Under the pieces are notes generated by a model. The model was not told the origin of the DNA. It saw only the letters and a list, made by a program, of their open reading frames with translations, and searched no databases. A stretch of DNA of 57,150 nucleotides from a virus (lineage: Duplodnaviria > Caudoviricetes), in IMG/VR virus record IMGVR_UViG_3300032216_000715, positions 1-57,150 of that record. One strand, given 5' to 3'. Below are positions 35,160-44,286 of the stretch, in pieces. The first letter of the stretch is position 1. The number at the start of each line of letters is the position of its first letter. The translations under genes and the position numbers were made by a program.

Positions 35160-35223
35160 CTTAGTACTCCTTCGATGCTTAATGCTAACACATTCGATGG
35201 TAATAGAAAAGGTACTTTATTTA

Positions 35224-35529
35224 TCAGCGCGTTTCGAGCGCTTTTGTCCATGCCTCGACTGTCAAACGGTGTTTGACACTACAATCAGCGTACTTGGCGA
35301 TGGTGTCTGCCTCCCAAAGCGCTCTCTCAGGGTCGATTAAATATGTTGGTGGAGCTTGGAGTGTTGGGCACTTCGACGCTAGGTTTGCTGGTGGAAGCGG
35401 CATTGGCGTCACTGACACTGCTTTCGAGCAGCCTGCGCAAAGCGTCAGGAGCAGAACAATCGGCAGCAGGGGCAGGAGTTGTTTTGTATATTTCGCGAAT
35501 GGTGTTGGTGCGTTCGGTTGCCGCAGCAT
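35224..35529 (-). CDS. o-spanin (Rz1-like lipoprotein); start uncertain
   Basis: Hydrophobic LLPLLPIVLLLTL then lipobox-like CAGC; Pro-rich; overlaps the i-spanin in another frame. Confidence 0.7.
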   Translation of the reverse strand: MLRQPNAPTPFAKYTKQLLPLLPIVLLLTLCAGCSKAVSVTPMPLPPANLASKCPTLQAPPTYLIDPERALWEADTIAKYADCSVKHRLTVEAWTKALETR

Positions 35530-35734
35530 TGGCTTTATCTCGTTGGGTCTCATATGTTTGCGAAACATTGTCTACCACCTCTTGCTTTTTGGCCCGTAGC
35601 TTTTCAGCCTTCTCCAGAGCCTTCGCGTACGCTGCGTCACACTGCCAATCGCGGACTTTGTATCCGGCGGCTGCGCCAACAATAAGAGTGCCTGCCGCCA
35701 CATATATCACCAAGGGGTTAGGGATCAGGCCCAC
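35327..35734 (-). CDS. i-spanin (Rz-like)
   Basis: N-terminal TM segment and coiled coil, directly after the endolysin. Confidence 0.75.
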   Translation of the reverse strand: MGLIPNPLVIYVAAGTLIVGAAAGYKVRDWQCDAAYAKALEKAEKLRAKKQEVVDNVSQTYETQRDKANAAATERTNTIREIYKTTPAPAADCSAPDALRRLLESSVSDANAASTSKPSVEVPNTPSSTNIFNRP

Positions 35735-36336
35735 GTTGCGTACTTCTTGGTCTTTGCCTTGCGGTCATCGAGACCATGCGTACCGCCGTTGATGCGCTTC
35801 GTTAGCGCGAGGATGGCGGCGTCGCTGACACCTTGATCGCAGATTGGCCAGAGCTTGTTTTTGTCAAAGAACCAGAGCGCGCTCTCAAAGCAGAGTTCGC
35901 CAGAAACGAGGTCAGGATTGGACATGATGTCGGGGCGACCGATATAGTTTGCAAAGGCTTCATAGTTGTCCTTGCCAGTCAGTTGAAGAGCGCCGCGTCC
36001 GCGATACTTCCACCCATCTCCACTGCTTTCAGGTCCATTTCCCATGCGGTTAGCGTAGACGCGGTTAGCGATTTTCTGTGGTTGGCGCTCGTGAAGACGG
36101 GCCATGAGGTCAGTCGGGAAATATTTACCAAAGATTTCGCGAAGCCCTTTGGCGCTGTAGTTAAGGTTTTCGCTGAACGTCTTGAAGCCGCCGCTTTCAT
36201 GCGCCGTTTGAGCAAAAAAATGCGCAGCGCGAGAAGGTGATAGCTTAAAGTAAGACGTAGCTTTTTTGAAAGTTCCCGGACCAAACGCACCATCTGCTGA
36301 CACTCCGATCTTTTTTTGAAGCTCGATCATGCTCAT
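35725..36336 (-). CDS. Endolysin, glycoside hydrolase family 19
   Basis: FFAQTAHESGGF..ENLNYS, YRGRGALQLTGKDNY and TKRINGG..GLDDR; short ADGAFGPGT N-terminus. Confidence 0.93.
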   Translation of the reverse strand: MSMIELQKKIGVSADGAFGPGTFKKATSYFKLSPSRAAHFFAQTAHESGGFKTFSENLNYSAKGLREIFGKYFPTDLMARLHERQPQKIANRVYANRMGNGPESSGDGWKYRGRGALQLTGKDNYEAFANYIGRPDIMSNPDLVSGELCFESALWFFDKNKLWPICDQGVSDAAILALTKRINGGTHGLDDRKAKTKKYATWA

Positions 36337-36503
36337 TTGTCGTCCTTCCGACTATTCCATAATTCAAAGAGCGTCTTGATCTTTTCCTCGACCACAGCAA
36401 GGCGAACATCCATTTTAGCTAAGACGATGACTAGCGAGATAAAGCCGAGTACGAGCGGCCAAAGCTGCCCGATCAGTTCGATGGTGGAAAGATTGCCTGA
36501 CAT
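36333..36503 (-). CDS. Holin/antiholin-like single-TM protein (56 aa), absent from the ORF track
   Basis: MSGNLSTIELIGQLWPLVLGFISLVIVLAKMDVRL...; GGAGG RBS; ATGA-coupled to the endolysin. Confidence 0.7.
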   Translation of the reverse strand: MSGNLSTIELIGQLWPLVLGFISLVIVLAKMDVRLAVVEEKIKTLFELWNSRKDDK

Positions 36504-36920
36504 TTAAGCCTCCGAGTTGCGCCAGTCGGGGAAGTCTTCTTCCGTAACGACGCCGTCGCCGTTGATGTCCCAGCGTAGGTCGTGGCGGTGCTTTTCCCAC
36601 GGGGCCATATCATCGTCATCTGTCGCAGGTGTTTCAGGCTCAGGCGCGACTGGTTCAGGGTCATCGTTTTCGATGTCCTGCAACTCGCCCTTCATACCCA
36701 TCAACGTAGCATAAGAGCCAGCAACAGCACCGACCACGGAGGTCATGACGTAGCTAAGGAGGCCGAATACGTCCTTGTTGTCAACAATGTCGTTTGAGAC
36801 AAACAGACCGACAATCATGGCACAGGTAATCGCAACGATGACAAAAGCCATTGTACGGGCAGCCAGCCAAAGCGCCCTAATCCGTGCGTCTAAAAGCTTG
36901 TCTTCCATCATACGCTCCAC
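36504..36920 (-). CDS. Two-TM holin-like protein with C-terminal EF-hand-like loop
   Basis: Two hydrophobic helices, acidic linker and DINGDGVVTEED. Confidence 0.65.
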   Translation of the reverse strand: MERMMEDKLLDARIRALWLAARTMAFVIVAITCAMIVGLFVSNDIVDNKDVFGLLSYVMTSVVGAVAGSYATLMGMKGELQDIENDDPEPVAPEPETPATDDDDMAPWEKHRHDLRWDINGDGVVTEEDFPDWRNSEA

Positions 36921-37316
36921 CTATTTTGTTGCCGAGCACTGCCTTAGTGCAGCATCCCAAGATTCCTGTTCCATGTTCTTCATGGCTAATATGGTCTTGT
37001 TTACAGCAAACGACCGCCCTAGTCCACCCGCCGACATAAAGTACACGCGCTTTGTGTCGAGCATGGCTAATGCAACGATGTCCACGTTTTGAGGCTTAAT
37101 CATGCTTTTCTTACGGGCGCTAAGCGTGAAGTGGTACCTATCTCTTTCGTTAAGATGTAGTGTCGCTTTAACCTGAATCTTCAGTACGCGGTCTTGCTTG
37201 ACTGCTAGGAAGTCTATGTGCTGTAAGTTAGCGACAGATACCCCCCACCCTAAAAGCTCGATGGCGCTAGCAGCTAAATACTCTCCAGCCCTACCTATCG
37301 CCGTGGATGTAAGCAT
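36921..37316 (-). CDS. PD-(D/E)XK endonuclease-like protein
   Basis: G.AGE.LA....L..LGW, IDFL, IQVKAT motifs; start could extend to 37343. Confidence 0.75.
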   Translation of the reverse strand: MLTSTAIGRAGEYLAASAIELLGWGVSVANLQHIDFLAVKQDRVLKIQVKATLHLNERDRYHFTLSARKKSMIKPQNVDIVALAMLDTKRVYFMSAGGLGRSFAVNKTILAMKNMEQESWDAALRQCSATK

Positions 37317-37320
37317 TTGC

Positions 37321-37551
37321 CTATCTAAAGATAACGCTGGCAAGCGCGGCTATAACGCCCCCAATCAAACCTGATACCCAGACGGCAAATTTTTGAGCGC
37401 CTTTGCGTTCAGAGTCAGATGCCTCGATAGCTGATAGACGATTATCAATTCGTTGAAGTATGATCTCAATGTTATCCATGCGGTTGGACACGCCTTTCAG
37501 CTCACCTTCAACCATGCCTAAAGCTCGATTCAAATCATCCGGGTTAGACAT
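37321..37551 (-). CDS. Coiled-coil protein with C-terminal TM (holin/XhlA-like)
   Basis: Heptad N-terminus plus FAVWVSGLIGGVIAALASVIF. Confidence 0.65.
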   Translation of the reverse strand: MSNPDDLNRALGMVEGELKGVSNRMDNIEIILQRIDNRLSAIEASDSERKGAQKFAVWVSGLIGGVIAALASVIFR

Positions 37552-37552
37552 C

Positions 37553-38596
37553 TTAGTACCCTACAGCTATGTAAAATGTGGTGGTTGAAATGCCTGCGTT
37601 CCACACTGTAAATCCAGTGGTTGAGCAGCTTGAAACCGCTGGATAGTTGTCTTGAGCTGAGACGTTAACATCGCCGACGCCGCTACAAATAGCGCGGCTA
37701 AAAGAGGTAAGAGTTACACCCACTGGATACGTTGCAGTTGTGTAGCCGTCGGCGGCGGCTGTAAACGAACCCCAGATGAGGTGGAGGCCGTTCTGAAGTT
37801 TTATATATCCATTGGCTGTCAACGACGATGCGGCTGCTACAATGGCTCCAAAAGCATTAAGCGCACTCGTTGCTCCCGTACCACCATTAGCAATGGCTAG
37901 AGGTGCGCCGGTGCCCCAGTTAGAGTTGTTAACACTCGCAAGAGTTGCCAGTGCTCCAAGTCCCAGCCCTGTACGCGCAGTTGCTTGGTCGTTCCCGCCT
38001 GTGCCGCCATTAGCGACGGCAACGATACCTGTGACGTTAGCGGCGTTGCCAGCGATGTTGCCTGATACATCTGCTGCCGGAATCGTAGCAGTTGAAGTAA
38101 ATGGTGATGCACCGCTAGCCTTGACGTACCCTGCCGTAAGAGTCGATACACCTGTGCCGCCGTTTGCGACTGTAAGGTCTGCGGTTAGTGCTAGCGAGGC
38201 TGCGGTCACTGCGTTAAGTGTCGAATTTCCTGCGACCGTCAAAGTGCTTGAAGCAGTTACAGCGCCTGTAATCGTACCGCCATCTTTATCAAACTTGGAG
38301 TTTAAACCTGCCGCTGTTGGTCGAAGCTCTACCTTACTACCTGCCGCAAATGTGCGGGCCGTCGTGCCTTCTTGAGCGCGAACAATCGTAAATGTGTCTG
38401 TCGAACGAGCTGTGACCTTGACGATCTCAAGGTTGTTTGAGCTGTCTACGATTGTGGCGTAGAAATAGTCGCCGCCGGAAAGTGTTGGAAACAGAGCACC
38501 TTGACCACTCGTGACCAGCAAATTAGTTGCTGACGTTGAGGTAATCGCAGCAGAAAGTGCTGACGTAGCATTGTTGCTGAAGAGAGCTGCGGCCAT
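37553..38596 (-). CDS. Short tail fibre protein
   Basis: FSNNA...RAQEGTTAR.F N-terminus, VANGGTG repeats and GYIKLQNGLHLIWG C-terminal domain. Confidence 0.8.
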   Translation of the reverse strand: MAAALFSNNATSALSAAITSTSATNLLVTSGQGALFPTLSGGDYFYATIVDSSNNLEIVKVTARSTDTFTIVRAQEGTTARTFAAGSKVELRPTAAGLNSKFDKDGGTITGAVTASSTLTVAGNSTLNAVTAASLALTADLTVANGGTGVSTLTAGYVKASGASPFTSTATIPAADVSGNIAGNAANVTGIVAVANGGTGGNDQATARTGLGLGALATLASVNNSNWGTGAPLAIANGGTGATSALNAFGAIVAAASSLTANGYIKLQNGLHLIWGSFTAAADGYTTATYPVGVTLTSFSRAICSGVGDVNVSAQDNYPAVSSCSTTGFTVWNAGISTTTFYIAVGY

Positions 38597-38640
38597 GTCA
38601 GAACCTTATGGTGTTGTGCGCTGCCGATGACATTATCAGG

Positions 38641-39009
38641 TTATTGAAGATTACGCAACTTATAGAGAACTGACATGTAAGCGCCAGACAGGTTGTCGAT
38701 GATGTTCTCAATCGCAGCTACGTTTTTGGCGATCTTTTCGCGATTATCGTCAATCCACTCACACTCATCGGAGATGTGCTCGATGATGTCCTTGGGGAGC
38801 ATCGGGCCGGGAATTGGCTGAACGGCAGCGATCAGGTCGAAGTAGCCTTGGTATGCCTCAACAATAGAGTCGATATTGTCGATCAGCGCGTCGTAGAAAG
38901 TGCCTAAAGCCATATGACGGGCAAATGATCCTACGCCTTTGGTTTTCCAGTGCTCTAGGTGGGCGGCGTTGCGGGTGTAAAACACCTTGCTTACGAGTTG
39001 CTCAATCAT
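38641..39009 (-). CDS. Ferritin/Dps-like four-helix protein (DUF5856-like)
   Basis: H..HW.T, H.AL..FYD...D...E.YQG and terminal YKL..L motifs. Confidence 0.7.
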   Translation of the reverse strand: MIEQLVSKVFYTRNAAHLEHWKTKGVGSFARHMALGTFYDALIDNIDSIVEAYQGYFDLIAAVQPIPGPMLPKDIIEHISDECEWIDDNREKIAKNVAAIENIIDNLSGAYMSVLYKLRNLQ

Positions 39010-39021
39010 ATGTAGTTCCTG

Positions 39022-41865
39022 TTACAAAATACTGAAGAAGGCACCCGTGTTTGTAGCAGGGCCTGCGGTAAAATTCCAGCCGGTGTTGTTGCCGTTGTTT
39101 ACGTTGTTATACGGCGCGCTGGTAAAGGCATTCCACGTCGCGCCGCCGGTTGCTGCAATATCTTGGATCGTCAGATATGATGTACTTACGGTGCCGGATG
39201 CTTTAGAGATTGTGGCGCGGGTGCCCGCTGAATTTGACCTTAATGTAACTTGAGCGCCGGGTGTGCCGGACAAAGAGAAATCGGTAAACGTCGTTGTTGC
39301 GCCTGCCTGCAACCGGATGGTCGTAGGTGAAGTTACCGTCGATTTAAGAGTAAGATCGGCAAGAACATAACCCGTGCCAGTTCCGTCATCATCAAATTCT
39401 AATGTGCCTGTACCGCCCTGCTCAATGGTCGGAAGCGTCCTTCCGGCTGGTCCGATGTATTTATCTAGATTGGAAGTGCAGGATATGGTTCCGCTACCGG
39501 TAAATGTGGCAGGGTTGGTTGTGTCCCACACCGGCTGTCCAGATAGGCTGGTATTATCTCCATTGAGTACAATCGTGCCACCAGACATAGCAATCGTAGC
39601 TGAACCGGTAGAAACACTGCCTCGTTTTGATGTTAAAGTTTTACCATTCAAATCAAGTATTGCGCCATTGGTAAAGCTAAAATAATTGGTCGCAGTTACG
39701 TTTTGGTTTAGCTTGTAATTTGACCCAGTTAACCCATAAAGAGTCATTGAATAAAATGTTGGGAATGACGTAGTGCCGTCAAGTGTTTCTTGAACCCCAG
39801 AGCCCCATAGATTTAATGTTTGGCCCGATAAACCTGACACTGAGGTGCTACTATCAAAAAACAAACTACCGTAAACATTCCATGCGGAAGAACTGGAAAT
39901 TGTCCCACTAAACCCAGTGGTGGTTAAATTTTTAATGTTAAATGTACCTACAGGAAACGATAGCGTATCCGCTTGAGCAATGCCCGAAAAGTACAGCGAA
40001 AAATTAGAACCTAAACTAGTTATTGTCCGGCCAGATGGGGTTGAGGTCGGCGTTAAATATATTGGTACGTCGCCAGCTATGTAGTCATTGCCAGTTGGGC
40101 TTGTGTTGAGAACAACGCCGCTAGTTCCGGTAATATTAACACGCCCACCGTTTGCAAACATGGACACTACACCGGAGCCGCCAGAGCGGACTAAAGTGGT
40201 TAGACTAAGTTCAAACCCATTCAGGTTAAATGTGCCAGCCGTCCATACATAGTTAGTATTAAGCGTGGTGTTGCGTAGAAACCTGAATGTGGAGCCAGCA
40301 GCGTTAAAAACCAGTGGGAAACCGAGATTGGTTATACCCGCAAGATCAATGTCACGGGGGTTTATGGTTGGGCTATTAGTAAGCAGTGTCCATGCGTTTG
40401 CGCCTCCCGTGAATATTCCGGATCGAGATGCCAATGTTAAATTGCCGTAGATCGTCAGGGCCGTGTTGCCGACGGCCCCCGAAGATGGAGCATACCCTGT
40501 AAAATTTAAACTACGAAACTTCGAATTTGCGGCAAGCGTCAGATTATAATCGCCAGTGGTAAAATTGAAATCGACTGAGTTTGTTTCAACTCCGGCAGTG
40601 ACCCCCGCACTGACGGTCGCGGCTGTTGTGCCACCATTTGATATGTTTACCGTGCGGCTTCCTGACACGGTAAAATTGGTTGCGTTTGCCGTAGACCACA
40701 CGGTGCCCGATCCGGTTAGCGTAATATTACCCGTGCCAAAATCAATCGCCCGTGCAAGCGCACCTGAGCCAGAATATAACCCAGCCTCAAGTTTGTAGCT
40801 TTGTAGGCTGATCGTCCCGCTTGTGTGAGTTATAGTGCGAGTTGACGGGCCGCTTGCTGGCCCCGCTGTCAGTGCATCTAGGAGCTGAAATGTGCCGCCA
40901 GCGCCGCTAAAAACAAATGGAAAATCAAGTTTTACGCCATAAGTTCTTATAGTTTTAGTACCCGATGTGGCGTCAAACACACATGCGTTAGCGCCAGCGG
41001 CAAAAGCATCAGATCGTACCGTTGAACCTATATCAAGATTTCCGTGGACAGCCCTTGCGTTGTTTGAAATGGAATTCAAAGCACCTACGTATCCTTGGTA
41101 ACTAAGATTGTTTACACCCCAAGAGCCAGAGGCGGTAAGTGCGTAAGTGCCGCTCTTGAACGTAAAACTAAAGGCAGTACCAATTGCTAGGTTTCCAGCG
41201 GCGACTGTTGTTGGTGAACCGGTATTATTATCCACAAAAACATCATGCACACCTCCTACGGGTAGTACTGTAAGGTTTGTGGATGTAGATGTTGTAAACA
41301 AAGTTCCGCCATTGCCATTGACGGTAATGCTTCCGCTATCGCTACCAAAATCAACAGTGCGAGTGCCGTTGTTACTACTAGAGAAAAAACCACACGTAAG
41401 TTTGTAACTTGCGAGGTTTATAGTGCCGCTGTTAAGAGAAACAGTTCTAAGGGGGCCAATAGTTACATCGCCGCCAAACGCCCATGCTAATGCGGAACCG
41501 GTAAAAGTAAGGTTTGAATTTAACGTTACCCCTGCCGTGGTTATCGTACCGCTGTTACCAAGAAAGTTAATAACTAGGGTGTTGGTCGGTATGTTCCACA
41601 CGACATTTGATGCCAAAGTGAAGCTGCCGCCGTTGACGTTTATCGCTGATGTTGTGCTGGACAAGAACGTGACTGTGCCGGAAGTGGCTGTTACGGTAAA
41701 GTTGGCGCAGTTTGCGGTGCCGTTAACGGTAACTGTGTACGTTCCGCTAGGAAAGATTACATTTTCGGTAGAGGTAGGTACAACCCCAGTGTCCCAGCTA
41801 GTGGTGGCTATCCAGTTCCCACTGCCGGGAGCACTTGTAGTGCCGCTGCCTTTCCATGTAGCCAC
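39022..41865 (-). CDS. Large Gly/Thr/Ser/Asn-rich beta-repeat virion/adhesin-like protein
   Basis: 947 aa of beta-solenoid-like composition with internal repeats (SGTINL.SYKL..G); AT-richer codons. Confidence 0.65.
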   Translation of the reverse strand: MATWKGSGTTSAPGSGNWIATTSWDTGVVPTSTENVIFPSGTYTVTVNGTANCANFTVTATSGTVTFLSSTTSAINVNGGSFTLASNVVWNIPTNTLVINFLGNSGTITTAGVTLNSNLTFTGSALAWAFGGDVTIGPLRTVSLNSGTINLASYKLTCGFFSSSNNGTRTVDFGSDSGSITVNGNGGTLFTTSTSTNLTVLPVGGVHDVFVDNNTGSPTTVAAGNLAIGTAFSFTFKSGTYALTASGSWGVNNLSYQGYVGALNSISNNARAVHGNLDIGSTVRSDAFAAGANACVFDATSGTKTIRTYGVKLDFPFVFSGAGGTFQLLDALTAGPASGPSTRTITHTSGTISLQSYKLEAGLYSGSGALARAIDFGTGNITLTGSGTVWSTANATNFTVSGSRTVNISNGGTTAATVSAGVTAGVETNSVDFNFTTGDYNLTLAANSKFRSLNFTGYAPSSGAVGNTALTIYGNLTLASRSGIFTGGANAWTLLTNSPTINPRDIDLAGITNLGFPLVFNAAGSTFRFLRNTTLNTNYVWTAGTFNLNGFELSLTTLVRSGGSGVVSMFANGGRVNITGTSGVVLNTSPTGNDYIAGDVPIYLTPTSTPSGRTITSLGSNFSLYFSGIAQADTLSFPVGTFNIKNLTTTGFSGTISSSSAWNVYGSLFFDSSTSVSGLSGQTLNLWGSGVQETLDGTTSFPTFYSMTLYGLTGSNYKLNQNVTATNYFSFTNGAILDLNGKTLTSKRGSVSTGSATIAMSGGTIVLNGDNTSLSGQPVWDTTNPATFTGSGTISCTSNLDKYIGPAGRTLPTIEQGGTGTLEFDDDGTGTGYVLADLTLKSTVTSPTTIRLQAGATTTFTDFSLSGTPGAQVTLRSNSAGTRATISKASGTVSTSYLTIQDIAATGGATWNAFTSAPYNNVNNGNNTGWNFTAGPATNTGAFFSIL

Positions 41866-41868
41866 GGC

Positions 41869-42036
41869 TTATGCCTCTGGCGCTGGGTTATTCTCAATGC
41901 GGGCGATGAACTCGTCCACACGGCGCTGCTTCTCCGCTTCAATTTCTTCGTCTGTCATGGGCGCGTCATCGGGAAACCAGATTGCATCTGCAACCGCGCC
42001 GTATTGTGTCTGCACTTGAAAATCAATTTTAGCCAT
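41869..42036 (-). CDS. Small hypothetical protein (55 aa), absent from the ORF track
   Basis: GGAGG RBS; MAKIDFQVQTQYGAVADAIWFPDDAPMTDEEIEAEKQRRVDEFIARIENNPAPEA. Confidence 0.7.
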   Translation of the reverse strand: MAKIDFQVQTQYGAVADAIWFPDDAPMTDEEIEAEKQRRVDEFIARIENNPAPEA

Positions 42037-42504
42037 TTATACCTCCTGCGACAGAGCAATCGCGTCCCAGCGGCTGTCCGTAAAATTGTATTTGAAGCCG
42101 ATGTACGTGGTTTTAGTAGCTACTGTCGTTAATGGTAGTGTAATCCCAACGGGACGATAAATACCGTTCCAACCGATTACGCGGGCGGTGCCGTCATCCT
42201 TAATGCGAATAATCAGTGATTGACCTTCTGAAGGTGCCCCTGAGGGAGCTGCGATGGTGGTCGTTCCTACGGTCGCGAGAGCTGTGACAGAAACCTGTGT
42301 GTCTGCATCAGCGTTTGGCGTAATCGTTGATGCCGATGTAACTGTTTGGACGTTGGGAGTGATCTTCTTAGTAGTGGATATGATGCCGGTAAACGCCGCT
42401 CCACTAAGTTCAGCTTTGTCTGAGTTGAGGTTGGTAAAATTAGCGTCAACCTCTGCGTTGGTCAGAGGTGAGCCTTTACCCGCACGAGTTACAATCGTAG
42501 CCAT
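42037..42504 (-). CDS. Virion/tail accessory protein
   Basis: MATIVTRAGKGSPLTNAEVDANFTNLN N-terminus typical of phage fibre-type proteins. Confidence 0.65.
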   Translation of the reverse strand: MATIVTRAGKGSPLTNAEVDANFTNLNSDKAELSGAAFTGIISTTKKITPNVQTVTSASTITPNADADTQVSVTALATVGTTTIAAPSGAPSEGQSLIIRIKDDGTARVIGWNGIYRPVGITLPLTTVATKTTYIGFKYNFTDSRWDAIALSQEV

Positions 42505-42525
42505 TAAAGGTCGCCTCTAATTACC

Positions 42526-42984
42526 TTAGTTAACAGTGACAGTCCATGTGATGGCCATTGTGTCTGTAGCAGCCTTTGTCACTGTTGCATACGTCGTGTG
42601 GCACAGCATCGTACCAGCAGAAGCTGCGTTAAAAATACCTGCTTCAACCAGAGCGCCAGTTCCTACGCCTGCTCCAAAAGTTCCTACGTAAACCACGGAG
42701 TCGTTGGTGTACGTGACGGTGGATACTGTTGCTGAGGTGAGCGCTACACGACCAACTTCAGTGCCTAACGTTGTATCGGCGCGGACTGGAGCCGTAGCTG
42801 TTGTACCAACTGCCATGTGGGACATGACTGCACTGGCTGCGCCCGTCATACGGCTTGTGATAAAGCCAAGCCCTACGGTAACGACGAGGTTATCCACGGT
42901 TTTGCTAGATTTCAGCAGACCTGTTTCATCAAAAATGTCGATGGTCAGCTTACCTACGGCTTTGAAATTTTCACTCGGACCCAT
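42526..42984 (-). CDS. Virion structural protein
   Basis: NLVVT.G...MAVGT...EAGIFNA..GTML...ITWT beta-rich pattern. Confidence 0.65.
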   Translation of the reverse strand: MGPSENFKAVGKLTIDIFDETGLLKSSKTVDNLVVTVGLGFITSRMTGAASAVMSHMAVGTTATAPVRADTTLGTEVGRVALTSATVSTVTYTNDSVVYVGTFGAGVGTGALVEAGIFNAASAGTMLCHTTYATVTKAATDTMAITWTVTVN

Positions 42985-42992
42985 AAATCACC

Positions 42993-43949
42993 TCAAAATG
43001 TCTGTGAATACCCGACGTAGTCTTCCGAAAAATACGTAAAGTCGCAGTAGTCCTGCCCTCGGATATACCCTACATCATTTACTGTAGCATTGTCAACGGA
43101 CGCCTTACCTACTAACTTTGCCGTAAAGTCGGCCATAGTGCTGGTGTCAGTGCTGGATGTACTTGTGACTCTGGACGTTTGCAGTGAGTCGGACAGACTC
43201 GTTAAATCAAATAGTGCTTTAGAAAAAGTTTTGAGAGGTGTGTCTGATGTGATTGGTGTTTCACTAAATGTTTTTCCTATTGATCTAGCAATTACCTCGG
43301 CCATAGTCGAGACTTCGGTAAGTCCTTTACCAACCTGCTTTACTGCAAAGTCTGTGGCAGCGCCGGTGTCAGTTTTGGAAACACCTGTACTACGAGAAAC
43401 TTGCGCAGAATCAGCCAAACGCGCTAAATCTGACAAACTCTTAGAAAAAGTTTTGGAAAGTGTTTCAGATGTTGTTGGCGTATCTACCAGTTTTTTGCCG
43501 ACTAGCTTTGTAGCAAGGTCTGCTACAGCTCCAGTATCAGTGCTTAGGACGCCTTTAGTGTTTGGTGTTTGAACTAGTTCTCGAAAGGTTACTAAATCAG
43601 CCAGAGTCTTAGAGAAATTTTTTGATACGGCATCAGAAATTGTAGATGTTTCGTCGGCAATCTTGCTGACACTAAGTGCTAGTCTTTCTGCCGAACTTAC
43701 CAGTTCGTTCACTCGGATAAACTCCATGAACTTACCGGAAATGCCTTGGAGTTTAATTACAACAGCCGTTACAGTTGCTGCCGAAAGCGCAACATACGAC
43801 GTTACAGGGTTGATAACCTGCGACTGGACTGCGGCTGTTATACGGCGATAACTCGCAGCCGTGGACAACGCAATATTGGTCGCACTAACCTTAAGTAGTT
43901 GTGCGGTAGCTGTAGCTTTGAGCCTAACGTAGTCAGGATCAAAGGCCAT
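42993..43949 (-). CDS. Virion protein with degenerate Ser/Thr/Lys repeats
   Basis: Repeated D.A.K.VGK...KTFSK.L.DL units; located in the tail cluster. Confidence 0.6.
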   Translation of the reverse strand: MAFDPDYVRLKATATAQLLKVSATNIALSTAASYRRITAAVQSQVINPVTSYVALSAATVTAVVIKLQGISGKFMEFIRVNELVSSAERLALSVSKIADETSTISDAVSKNFSKTLADLVTFRELVQTPNTKGVLSTDTGAVADLATKLVGKKLVDTPTTSETLSKTFSKSLSDLARLADSAQVSRSTGVSKTDTGAATDFAVKQVGKGLTEVSTMAEVIARSIGKTFSETPITSDTPLKTFSKALFDLTSLSDSLQTSRVTSTSSTDTSTMADFTAKLVGKASVDNATVNDVGYIRGQDYCDFTYFSEDYVGYSQTF

Positions 43950-44275
43950 TAGAAGTCGGCCCGCACCTTGAACTTGAGGAGACTGTAGGACGATTGAATG
44001 GTGCCGTCAGCAAACGTGACCTGCACTTCGCCCTCGTAGTCGCCTTCCGCAGTCTGAAGCGTGGTAGGGTTCCACGAGAAAACAACGATGCCTGAGGTGG
44101 CGTTGGTGATGACGCCGGTGAGGGTATCGAGGATCGTGGCTTCCGCATACTTACGGAAAAACATCACGACTGTCGCACCTGTGATATTGATCGCCGCGCC
44201 CGTGTTGTCATCAGTCAGCGTGACCTGAATTTGAGGACGGGTGTCACCTTGGACTAGCTTGATTTTATCTGACAT
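43949..44275 (-). CDS. BppU N-terminal-like tail protein
   Basis: QGDTRP...L.D..G.AINITGATV...G.Y.GE.QVTF.DG. Confidence 0.7.
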   Translation of the reverse strand: MSDKIKLVQGDTRPQIQVTLTDDNTGAAINITGATVVMFFRKYAEATILDTLTGVITNATSGIVVFSWNPTTLQTAEGDYEGEVQVTFADGTIQSSYSLLKFKVRADF

Positions 44276-44286
44276 CTATGTGATCC

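Noticed and set aside
28723-38596. Diversity-generating retroelement acting on the fibres
   Set aside because: No reverse transcriptase and no TR/VR pair seen
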